Positions 1 through 7,704 of a stretch of 45,075 nt of DNA are shown piece by piece. A model generated the notes under the pieces. That model saw only the letters and a list, made by a program, of their open reading frames with translations. It had not been told where the DNA came from and searched no databases. The position numbers were made by a program, and so were the translations under genes. Source of the stretch: Verrucomicrobiales bacterium. Lineage in GTDB: Bacteria; Verrucomicrobiota; Verrucomicrobiia; Verrucomicrobiales; SLCJ01. Within the stretch, counting starts at the first letter, position 1. Every line of letters starts with the position of its first letter. The stretch spans positions 1 to 45,075 of the forward strand of contig JBJTQJ010000081.1 of NCBI GenBank assembly GCA_046075565.1, given 5' to 3'.

Positions 1-142
1 AGAGCGTGGGGTGGATCTGATGCTGGTCGCAGATGGCCGAGATCGGCTGGCCGTCAACCAGATGGAGTTTGAGCAGCCGGACTTTCTCCTCGGCGGAGTA
101 TTGGCGGCGGGTGCGGGTGGTCTTTTCGTCTTTCGGATTCAC
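1..142 (-). CDS. IS3-family transposase OrfA, N-terminal HTH (partial; not in ORF track)
   Basis: Hand translation from GTG at 142: MNPKDEKTTRTRRQYSAEEKVRLLKLHLVDGQPISAICDQHQIHPTL, matching the RRxYSxExK...S.xC..x.I.P pattern of HTH_Tnp_1. Confidence 0.8.
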   Translation of the reverse strand, partial: MNPKDEKTTRTRRQYSAEEKVRLLKLHLVDGQPISAICDQHQIHPTL

Positions 143-212
143 AGTCGGGTCTGTTGGCCGGCCATAGCTTACATCACAGTGTCAATTCGGACATTCCGTC
201 GGGGGCGGGACA
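1..212 (-). mobile_element. Left end of IS3-family insertion sequence (partial, runs off window)
   Basis: Minus strand starts TGTCCCGCCCCCGACGGAATGTCCGAATTGACAC at 212 (5'-TG end typical of IS3) and is followed by an OrfA-like HTH reading frame; position 213 onward is an unrelated truncated gene. Confidence 0.75.
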
Positions 213-317
213 ACCTACACCCGCACGAACATCAAGAGCGATGGTTCACGGAAGCCCGAGCCTTGGACGCCCTTGCCTTCCGGTCTCTTTGGTCCGGTTC
301 GTATGATGGCGGAGTGA
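213..317 (+). pseudogene. 3' remnant of glycoside hydrolase (GH106/GH2-like C-terminus) cut by the IS
   Basis: Frame beginning right at the IS junction reads TYTRTNIKSDGSRKPEPWTPLPSGLFGPVRMMAE*; LPSGLxGPV is the usual C-terminal motif of GH106/GH2-type hydrolases. Confidence 0.65.
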
Positions 318-544
318 ACTTCCGCATCTCCTGCGGTGCTGGCGAACCATGAGCTGACGCTCCTTACCGGTTCCCGGAATCCATGCCGAAGGAGCGTGCC
401 GCGACACGGGGACACGGGTGCGACAATTTGGTGTGTCATCGTGGCCCTTCTAACGTTTGTGCAGGGCTCTCGTGGCGAGAAGGGAAAGCGGGCTGGCGGT
501 TTAGGCAATTGATAGACAATGGATTGCGTCAACGCTTCCCGTTC

Positions 545-560
545 TGGCATATCTGATGCG
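545..560 (+). promoter_or_regulatory. Putative sigma54 (-24/-12) promoter of the hsp20 pair
   Basis: TGGCATATCTGATGCG: GG(546-547)-N10-GC(558-559), about 65 nt upstream of the ATG at 624. Confidence 0.55.
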
Positions 561-623
561 GATTACATCCCATGTGAAGCAATCGCTTCGCTACTCAACA
601 ATAACCACCCAACAGAAACCAAT

Positions 624-1049
624 ATGAAACTAATCCGCACCAATCCGCTGGCTTACAGCACCCTGACCCCCGACGAATGGCTAAGCCGCGCCTTCGCCGG
701 ATTCGGCGCTCTTTCGCGCCTATTCCCTGCCCCCGCTCCTGCCGAATGGCTCGGTCGCGCTCATCTGCCCGCCGATCTCTTCGAGGACGACCACCACTAC
801 CATGTCCGGGTCGAGATTCCCGGCGCGAAGAAAGAAGAAGTCGGCGTCCGGATGGAAGATGGGGAACTCCAAATCTCCTATCAACGCGCCGGCGATGACA
901 ATCGGTCTGGCATTTCGCTGACCCGTTCGTTCCGCTTGCCGGGACCGGTGTCGGTGGATGGAATATCCGCCAAACTGGAAAACGGCATCCTGCAAGTCTC
1001 GTTGCCGAGGCAAGAGGAAGCCAAACCCCGGGTGATTGCCGTGAACTGA
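624..1049 (+). CDS. Hsp20/alpha-crystallin small heat shock protein
   Basis: ADLFEDDHHYHVRVEIPG..., RSFRLP, ISAKLENGILQVSLP and C-terminal IxV (VIAVN); start taken at ATG 624 after an A/C-rich leader. Confidence 0.93.
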   Translation: MKLIRTNPLAYSTLTPDEWLSRAFAGFGALSRLFPAPAPAEWLGRAHLPADLFEDDHHYHVRVEIPGAKKEEVGVRMEDGELQISYQRAGDDNRSGISLTRSFRLPGPVSVDGISAKLENGILQVSLPRQEEAKPRVIAVN

Positions 1050-1100
1050 TCCTTCGATTCAAAACCAAAGCCAAACCAAATCCATTGAAAGGAAACCACC

Positions 1101-1502
1101 ATGTCTGAATCCAATCTATCTCCTGCGAACTTCAACAATCAATGCGCTGCCGCTACGGCAGTGGCTCAACCGAAATCGGCCGTGACCCGGCCTCGCCACA
1201 CGGTGCGCGCCCTCGAGGGCGCTTACGAAGTGGGCATTCTCCTGCCCGGTGTGAAACGCGAGGATATCCGCGTCCGGTTGGAGGAAAACCTGCTCGCCGT
1301 CGAGGCCTCCCGCCCGGAGGTCACACCTGAGGGGTGGCGTCCGCTGCGCCGCGAGATCGAGCCGACCGACTATCGGCTGGAACTCGAAGTGAGCGTGCCG
1401 GTTGATGCCGCGCGGATTTCCGCCAGCCTTGAAGAGGGCGTGCTCAGCCTGCGGCTGCCGTTGCGTGAAGAGGCCAAGGCACGGGACATTCCCGTCACCT
1501 GA
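1101..1502 (+). CDS. Hsp20/alpha-crystallin small heat shock protein (second copy)
   Basis: LPGVKREDIRVRLEENLL, ISASLEEGVLSLRLP, C-terminal IPV; AAAGGA RBS upstream. Confidence 0.93.
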   Translation: MSESNLSPANFNNQCAAATAVAQPKSAVTRPRHTVRALEGAYEVGILLPGVKREDIRVRLEENLLAVEASRPEVTPEGWRPLRREIEPTDYRLELEVSVPVDAARISASLEEGVLSLRLPLREEAKARDIPVT

Positions 1503-1509
1503 GGCCCGC

Positions 1510-1554
1510 TCCGGTCTCCGCCGCAATCCGTGACGGGGGCCGGATTTTTCTTTC
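1510..1554 (+). terminator. Rho-independent terminator after hsp20 pair
   Basis: TCCGGTCTCCG...CGGGGGCCGGA stem (with G-U pairs) followed by TTTTTCTTT. Confidence 0.6.
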
Positions 1555-1652
1555 GAATTGAGATTCCTGAAATCCTTATCGTTTTGGTGGCGTTATAGAG
1601 ATGGGTCATCGGCGCCGTGCCGAAGGTCCCAGGAAACGCCAACCCCATTATT

Positions 1653-2261
1653 ATGACCATGATCAAACGTTCGTTTGTCCAATTGCTGGCCGGTGCCGCC
1701 TTGATCGGCATGTCCGGATTCGCCTGCGCCGAAGCTCCCAAGGCCGGTGCCGCAGCTCCCGCTTTCACCGTTGTGGATCTCGACGGCAAAGAACATTCCC
1801 TGTCCTCTTTCGCGGGCAAGATTGTTGTTCTGGAATGGAACAATTTCGATTGCCCGTTTGTCGCGCGGCATTACAAAAATGGCAGCCTCCCGGCCCTCCA
1901 GAAAAAATACACCGGAGAAGGTGTGATTTGGCTGGCGGTCAACTCCTCGGCCGTCGGCAAAGGAGGTTACTACGAGCCTGCCGCGATGAAGGAACGTGTG
2001 GCCAAGGAAAAATTCGCCGGCACTGCCTATGTCTATGATTCCTCCGGCACGGCTGGCAAAGCCTACGGTGCTCCGGTCACTCCCACGATGGCCGTTATCG
2101 ATGACAAGGGCGTGCTCCGCTATTGGGGTGCTCTGGATGATCAACCCAAAGGCGAAGGCGAAGCCAAAAACTACGTCGCCGCCGCTGTCGATGCGATCAA
2201 GGCCGGCAAAGAGGTCGAGACGCCGACAACCAAACCCCACGGGTGTGGCGTGAAATACTGA
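1653..2261 (+). CDS. Exported AhpC/TSA-like redoxin (thioredoxin fold)
   Basis: Signal peptide, APAFTVVDLDGKEHSLS, VVLEWNNFDCPFV, GAPVTPTMAVID, C-terminal GCGVKY. Confidence 0.88.
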   Translation: MTMIKRSFVQLLAGAALIGMSGFACAEAPKAGAAAPAFTVVDLDGKEHSLSSFAGKIVVLEWNNFDCPFVARHYKNGSLPALQKKYTGEGVIWLAVNSSAVGKGGYYEPAAMKERVAKEKFAGTAYVYDSSGTAGKAYGAPVTPTMAVIDDKGVLRYWGALDDQPKGEGEAKNYVAAAVDAIKAGKEVETPTTKPHGCGVKY

Positions 2262-2295
2262 GCCGCTTGGCTCATCCGTCATCCGACGATAAATC

Positions 2296-2329
2296 AAGTC
2301 TCCGGTGCCGATGCGCCGGAGACTTTTTT
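2296..2329 (+). terminator. Terminator hairpin between convergent redoxin and CHAD genes
   Basis: AAGTCTCCGGTGC-cgat-GCGCCGGAGACTT followed by a T run. Confidence 0.7.
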
Positions 2330-3164
2330 ATCGCAGTGATTTGTGAGTCTTGACGAGTTTTTTCCAGTGCACCCGTGCCTTGTCCTCCCATTGGATGGCG
2401 GCGTCTTCGGCCCAGGCGTCGAGGTATTGGGCGAGGGCTGATTTTCCGCCACGTTTGGCGAGCCAGGCGCGGAGGTTGTGCATGTCGTTGGATTTGCCGA
2501 GGGCGCTGCCGATCTGGCGCAAGGTGCGGTAGATGGGGGCGGGTTTGCACTTTTTCGCGAGTGCAATCCACTCTCTTTGGTAAGCGGCGTATTTCACCCG
2601 CCGACGCCACTGGTGCCATGCCTCGATCTCACCATGTCCGAGCGCTTCCCGCGCCTTCTCCGACACTTGCTCCGCCGTGCATTGAAGGCCGGAGCGGGGA
2701 GGGGAGCCGAGTTTGCCCCATTTGTCGCGGGCCTCGGTGGCGAATTGATCGAGGGTTTCTAAAACCGTGGTCCGGGCTCCGGGAGCGAGGCGGCGGGAGA
2801 AGTCGGCTTTGAGTTTCGCGAGCAGGGGGCCGAGGAAGCGCTCGTGTTCCGGTGGAGCGAGGAGCACTGCGGTTTCCACCCATCCGCGCAGGATGGTGGC
2901 CTCGCGCGCGGAGGCGAGAGCCCTCGAGGTTTCGCCGAGTCTGGTGTTCCATTCCCGGCGTTCATTGCCGGGAATGATGCCGCGACCGAGATGGACGAGG
3001 GCGCGGAGTTTCTTGAAAAGCACCCGCACGTGGTGAATGTCCTCTTCATTCCATCGGGGACGCTTCGCCAGGTCTGAATGGAGACCGCGCACCGTGGCCG
3101 CCGCCGTTTTGGCGACGGAACCGAAGGCTGGAACGCCCTTGGCGGATGGAGCGCGGGAAGGCAT
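2328..3164 (-). CDS. CHAD domain protein (polyphosphate-binding family)
   Basis: Two helical repeats with HxxR motifs: IHHVRVLFKKLRAL and WHQWRRRVKYAAYQ; LGKSNDMHNL. Confidence 0.85.
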   Translation of the reverse strand: MPSRAPSAKGVPAFGSVAKTAAATVRGLHSDLAKRPRWNEEDIHHVRVLFKKLRALVHLGRGIIPGNERREWNTRLGETSRALASAREATILRGWVETAVLLAPPEHERFLGPLLAKLKADFSRRLAPGARTTVLETLDQFATEARDKWGKLGSPPRSGLQCTAEQVSEKAREALGHGEIEAWHQWRRRVKYAAYQREWIALAKKCKPAPIYRTLRQIGSALGKSNDMHNLRAWLAKRGGKSALAQYLDAWAEDAAIQWEDKARVHWKKLVKTHKSLR

Positions 3165-3278
3165 GGGGTGCGGGCAACGGTAGTGCCCGAAAGTCCATCA
3201 TGCCCCCATCCTCGAATCGGTCAAGTGACGTTTCCAGAATTCCACGATGGGCAAACCAAAACCACCCACACCAGAATT

Positions 3279-5626
3279 TCACAAGGTGTTCGAGACCAAA
3301 GAAGTCCGTTCCGAAATCATCATGGTCGCGTTGGCGTTTTGTCCAGCAACCGGAAGCGCGGGGACGAGGTGGAAACCGTTGGTAAAGGCACCGGCGGCCA
3401 CGTCTTCGCGGGAGAGGATGACACTCTCGAAGGACGCGGTCCGATGGATTTTCCCGGTCGCGTTGTTCGGGTCGGTCTCGGTAACTACCCACGATCCGGT
3501 GACGAGCCAGTCTCTGGAATTGAAGTAGATTTTCGCGAAATTCAAATTGTCCGCGCTGCCGGGTCTGGCTACGGCGAAGGCACCATTCGGATTCACGGCG
3601 AAGCTGAAGGGGGACACATTTCCGTTCATGACGAGTGCATTCGGATATTCGGCAGGCAATCCCCATGCGGTGAGGGCGGTGCCAGGAGCGGGAGCGGTGT
3701 AAAGAGCGCCTTTGAGGGCGAGTTGCACTGGTTTTTCTGCTGTGCCGAAGCCTTGCGGCCAGGAACGTCCGGTTTGGGGGAGCTTGACCCATCCCACGGA
3801 ACCATCAAGACGGTTGCTGCTGATCTCGGCTTGGCCCATGAGGGAGGAGGGGGATTTTTCCGGCATGGACCAGAGGGCGATCTCGCCATTGGGTCCGACG
3901 GGAAGAGCCGAGGTGAAACGCGCCCCTTCGGATGTTTTTCCGAAGAAGGTGGCAATGCCGGCGGCATCAATGCGCAGGATGGCCCATCCGTTGCCTTGAG
4001 GAACCGGGCGGGTGTCGGCTTCATTCGAGACCAGCGGCAGCACGGGGTTGAATTGGCCGCGCAGTTCGATCGGGGCGGGATTGGATTTCGCATCCCGGGT
4101 TTTTTTCCATCCGGCCAGCGTGGTGCTCACCGTGCCGTCTGCTAACAAACCTGTGACACCATTCTCCTCGTTCCATGAAAGGGAGAGAACCAAGGACGGC
4201 AGGCCGCGGCGGGGGAGGGTGATGGTCGTGGTCGGATTTTCGCCAGGATCGCCCGTGAGTTGGGAGCGGAAGGTGAAGGTTTGTGTTCCGAGACGCAGGG
4301 ACCCGGTGAGTTGGCCGAGGCTGGTCGTGGTGGCCTGGAGCAGGCCGCCGAAGGATTGGTTGAGTGTGCTTTCACGGCCAACGAGGGCGACAAAGCTACC
4401 GGTGGCATGAACGGGCCACGCTCGGACTTCGAGAGAGACGCTTTGCCATTCGCCCCAGGTTTTGCCATGAAGCGCGCGGACCTTGATGGTGTAGATGCCG
4501 GGCTTGGAAGGGATACCGGAAATGATTCCCTTGGTCGCTTCGAGTTTGAGGCCTGCGGGAAGTCCGGAAACTTCGAAGCGGGTCGCGCCTGCTACGGTCG
4601 GGAGCACCGACCATTCCCAGCGCGTATTGGCGTGGATGGGAGATTTGGGCGCGAATGAATCCACAAGGTCCATGTCATCGGCGATGCCGTCTTTATCCGT
4701 ATCCGTGATTACCACCGGAGGAGGAGCTTCCGGATGGATGACAAAATCGACTTTCACGTTCAGTTTGCCGGTCCATTCCACCGAGCGTTCACTCGCAGGA
4801 ATACTGCTCCCCTGTGCTGCCACCACGATGGTGGTCGAGCCGTTGCCAATCACGGGAACGGCGTATCCTCCGGAGGTGGAGGTTGTCGTGTAATGGCTGC
4901 CCACCGATGTCGTGATGGTCACGCCAGGTATGCCTTCACCCGGGTCGTAGCTTCCATTCTTGTTCAGGTCGCGATAGGCAACGCCGGTTACCAATGGCAC
5001 GTCAGGAGCAGGCGAACCCACGCTCTGTGCAAAATTCTGCGTCACCATGTTGGCATTGAAACTGTAGCCGGAGACGAATTTCCCCTGCAGGATGCCAAAG
5101 CCCGCCTCTTCCGCGCGGTCGGACATCAGGTTGACCCGGTGGCTGGCACTGCGCATGAGACCGTCGTGATTTTGGCGGGTGGTCTCGTTGATGTCGAGAG
5201 TCCCAGTCGTTCCCCTCCAGCTGATGTTCTCACCCCAGAGATAGGGGGCAATAAATGGATACCCGGCACTGGAGATGCGGTCAATGGCGCGCGATCCGTT
5301 GACGCCGGTGTGGGAGAAGGTATTGCTCGCCAGCATCCAGGCCGAGTGCGAGCGGGCGGCGGCGATGATTTGACCGTTGAAGGCGAGCGGTTGCTTCGGG
5401 GTCGGGGTGATGGTGCCGGCGGGCAGATTGTCGTTGAGGCCGATGCCGAGGCGTTGCATTTCGGCGGTCGGATTGGCCCGGACGGCGTTCACCCATTCGA
5501 GCATGAGCTGTTCGTGCACCGTGGGATCCCATGGCTGTGAAACGATCCAGATTGCGCGAGAATCCCCGTCGCGGCTAGTGGGCCGACGAGCAATGCCAGG
5601 ATTCGGATGGATGTGACGCGATTCAT
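3279..5626 (-). pseudogene. Secreted CAP/SCP-domain protein with SdrD-B-like, Ca-binding and He_PIG Ig modules; apparent 1-nt deletion near 5528-5530
   Basis: ORF 3279..5519 has CAP motifs (EQLMLEWVNAVRANP, AARSHSAWM, FSHTG, GENI, SASHRVNLM), GVAYRDLNKNGSYDPGEG, DTDKDGIADDMD and GLPAGLKL...GIISGIP. Its signal peptide (MNRVTSIRILALLVGPLAATGILAQ, ATG 5626) is in another frame; one extra G restores ...HSHG-DPTVHEQ. Confidence 0.75.
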
Positions 5627-5793
5627 TACAGCCGCAGTATTAGGGTGAGTTGGGGATTTGTCCCCTTCTTTGGGCGAAATTGGAAATTGATCCATGGTCT
5701 CCGCCCCCGGGATTCGCTCATTCCCAAGAATGCGTCTGAGCCGCGTTTGAAGGGGTCGCTTGCAATCGTCATTTTTGAAACGATCCTCGGCCC

Positions 5794-6543
5794 ATGGCCA
5801 CTCCACGTCCCGGAAACAAGAAACATTTGCCCATGGGTATGGAAATCCTGCACGAGGATCGGGACATTCTTGTCATCGCCAAAGCAGCCGGTTTGCTGAC
5901 CATCGCCACCGACGGGGAACGCGAACGCACCGCCCATGCCGCGCTTTTGGACTACGTGCGCAAGGGAAACCCGAAATCCCCGCACCGGGTCTTTATCGTC
6001 CACCGGTTGGACCGCGACACCTCGGGACTTTTGGTCTTCGCCCGGTCCGAGGAGGCCAAAGCGCGGTTGCAAGAAGCTTGGCCGGAGGTTGAGAAAACCT
6101 ACCTTGCCGTGGTCGAGGGATGCCCGCCGAAAGAAGAGGACACCATTTCCAGCTACCTCGCCGAAAACAGCATCGGCAAGGTCTATGTGACCCGGAAAGC
6201 GGAGGAAGGCAAGCTTTCCCACACCCGATACCGCATCCGCGAACGCCGTAATGACCGGACGGTGCTGGAAATTTCGCTGCTGACCGGACGAAAGAACCAA
6301 ATTCGCGTCCATCTGGCCGAAATCGGCTGTCCGATTGTCGGCGACGCCAAATACGGCAGCGCGGATCGGAAATCGAAACGACTCGCCCTCCATTCATGGA
6401 AACTCGCTATCCCGCACCCTTGGGACGGTCGCCGGATGGAGTTCGAGACGCCGCCCCCGGCATCATTCCTCGCCCTCCGCCAAAAACCACCGGCCGATGC
6501 CGCTCCCCGGCCAAAGAAACCAGAGGAAAAGCGGCCTCGGTAA
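5794..6543 (+). CDS. RluA-family RNA pseudouridine synthase
   Basis: ILHEDRDILVIAKAAG, catalytic HRLDRDTSG, TGRKNQIRVHLA, PIVGDAKYG, LALHS. Confidence 0.95.
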   Translation: MATPRPGNKKHLPMGMEILHEDRDILVIAKAAGLLTIATDGERERTAHAALLDYVRKGNPKSPHRVFIVHRLDRDTSGLLVFARSEEAKARLQEAWPEVEKTYLAVVEGCPPKEEDTISSYLAENSIGKVYVTRKAEEGKLSHTRYRIRERRNDRTVLEISLLTGRKNQIRVHLAEIGCPIVGDAKYGSADRKSKRLALHSWKLAIPHPWDGRRMEFETPPPASFLALRQKPPADAAPRPKKPEEKRPR

Positions 6544-6626
6544 GGGAAAATCGCCGTTCGCGGATATAGGCCCAAAATGGGAGCCCCGGCGTTCCTGCCC
6601 GACCCCGGGGAATTTTTCGTTAACTG

Positions 6627-6665
6627 AAAAAAAATTGTTGACGGTTTGGCCGAAATTTGGATAAT
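6627..6665 (+). promoter_or_regulatory. Putative sigma70 promoter with upstream A-tract
   Basis: A8 tract, TTGACG (6638-6643), 16-nt spacer, GATAAT (6660-6665), about 80 nt before ATG 6746. Confidence 0.55.
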
Positions 6666-6745
6666 GTTGTTGAGTTCTTTGAGAGGTGCCTTGCCGTTAA
6701 GGCCACCGAGAGCTAAGTCACCCCCGACAAAACACCCTAGACCCC

Positions 6746-7603
6746 ATGAACAAAGCCCTGCTGTCCGCAGCCACTGTTGCCCTCGCCATCCAAAGTCCCA
6801 TCCTCGCAGACGAGGCTGTCGATCCACCCACCATCGAGCTGGTTGTGGCTGTCGAAGAACCAAGAATCCACATCGACCCCCCTGTCGAAGAGGTTGTGGT
6901 GCCAGTAGATTTCGATTTGCCCCCACCGGACGAAACGCCAATCACCCCCGACTGCATTTTTCCCGTCCCGGATGTGGTTGGTGGGGAGGACAATCCCGAA
7001 GTTGAAGCGGTCATTGAGGTGACAATCGCCGATGAGTTCGGCTCGGAGGAATCCATCACCGATGAGTCCGGCTCGGAGGAATCCATTACCGATGAGTCCG
7101 GCTCGGAGGAATCCATTACCGATGAGTCCGGCTCGGAGGAATCCATTACCGATGAGTCCGGCTCGGAGGAATCCATCACCGATGAGGTGGATTGGTCGGC
7201 GTGCGATGGCGGTGAACTCGTCGTGAACGAAGACGTAACCGGAGAAGTGGACCTCGGCAATGTGAAAGTTGAGAACGGTGAATTCGATCCCCGCGTTGTT
7301 TATATGACCAGCAGAAGTCATGGAGGGCCAGTTCCCAGCACCGGAGTTTCGGAAGTGCAGCGCAATTTTGCCGATGGCACGTCCTCGGTGGTCCGCTTGA
7401 AGTTGGATGGCACCAACCAAGGCTCCCAAGATGGTTTGGCAAAAACCAAGCCTGACCTTGGCGTGGATAGCGAAGCTCTCAAGGCGCTGAGGATGACCCA
7501 ATCCCTTGCCAAGACCCAAGGATTTTCCATTCAGAATCAGCTTTCGTCTCCCGCCGGAGCGACAACAGCCCAAAAGATGGGTGAACAAATCTTCTTGGAT
7601 TGA
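6746..7603 (+). CDS. Secreted highly acidic, low-complexity protein with (DESGSEESIT)5 repeat
   Basis: N-terminal signal peptide MNKALLSAATVALAIQSPILA; D/E/P/V-rich mature region; own promoter and downstream hairpin; no recognised domain. Confidence 0.8.
   Translation: MNKALLSAATVALAIQSPILADEAVDPPTIELVVAVEEPRIHIDPPVEEVVVPVDFDLPPPDETPITPDCIFPVPDVVGGEDNPEVEAVIEVTIADEFGSEESITDESGSEESITDESGSEESITDESGSEESITDESGSEESITDEVDWSACDGGELVVNEDVTGEVDLGNVKVENGEFDPRVVYMTSRSHGGPVPSTGVSEVQRNFADGTSSVVRLKLDGTNQGSQDGLAKTKPDLGVDSEALKALRMTQSLAKTQGFSIQNQLSSPAGATTAQKMGEQIFLD
7031..7186 (+). repeat. In-frame 30-bp tandem repeat, 5 copies plus partial
   Basis: GATGAGT(C/T)CGGCTCGGAGGAATCCAT(T/C)ACC at 7031, 7061, 7091, 7121, 7151, then GATGAG; contiguous with no spacers. 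Confidence 0.98.
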
Positions 7604-7632
7604 CCCTCACCTTCTGAATCGAAAATGTATTT

Positions 7633-7665
7633 GAAGGCCAGCCCTGCAAGGCTGGCCTTCTTTCT
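7633..7665 (+). terminator. Hairpin/terminator between acidic protein and TpsB gene
   Basis: GAAGGCCAGCC-ctgcaa-GGCTGGCCTTC perfect 11-bp stem followed by TTTCT. Confidence 0.7.
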
Positions 7666-7704
7666 GTCAACCCCCATAGCCCGATATCACTGCACCGCAC
7701 GCCC

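Noticed and set aside
11..352. 113-aa plus-strand ORF at the window start
   Set aside because: It spans the IS junction; the region is better explained by the minus-strand transposase and the GH remnant in another frame.
7031..7186. 30-bp repeats as a CRISPR array
   Set aside because: Units are contiguous with no unique spacers, are a multiple of 3 inside a CDS, and no cas genes are present.
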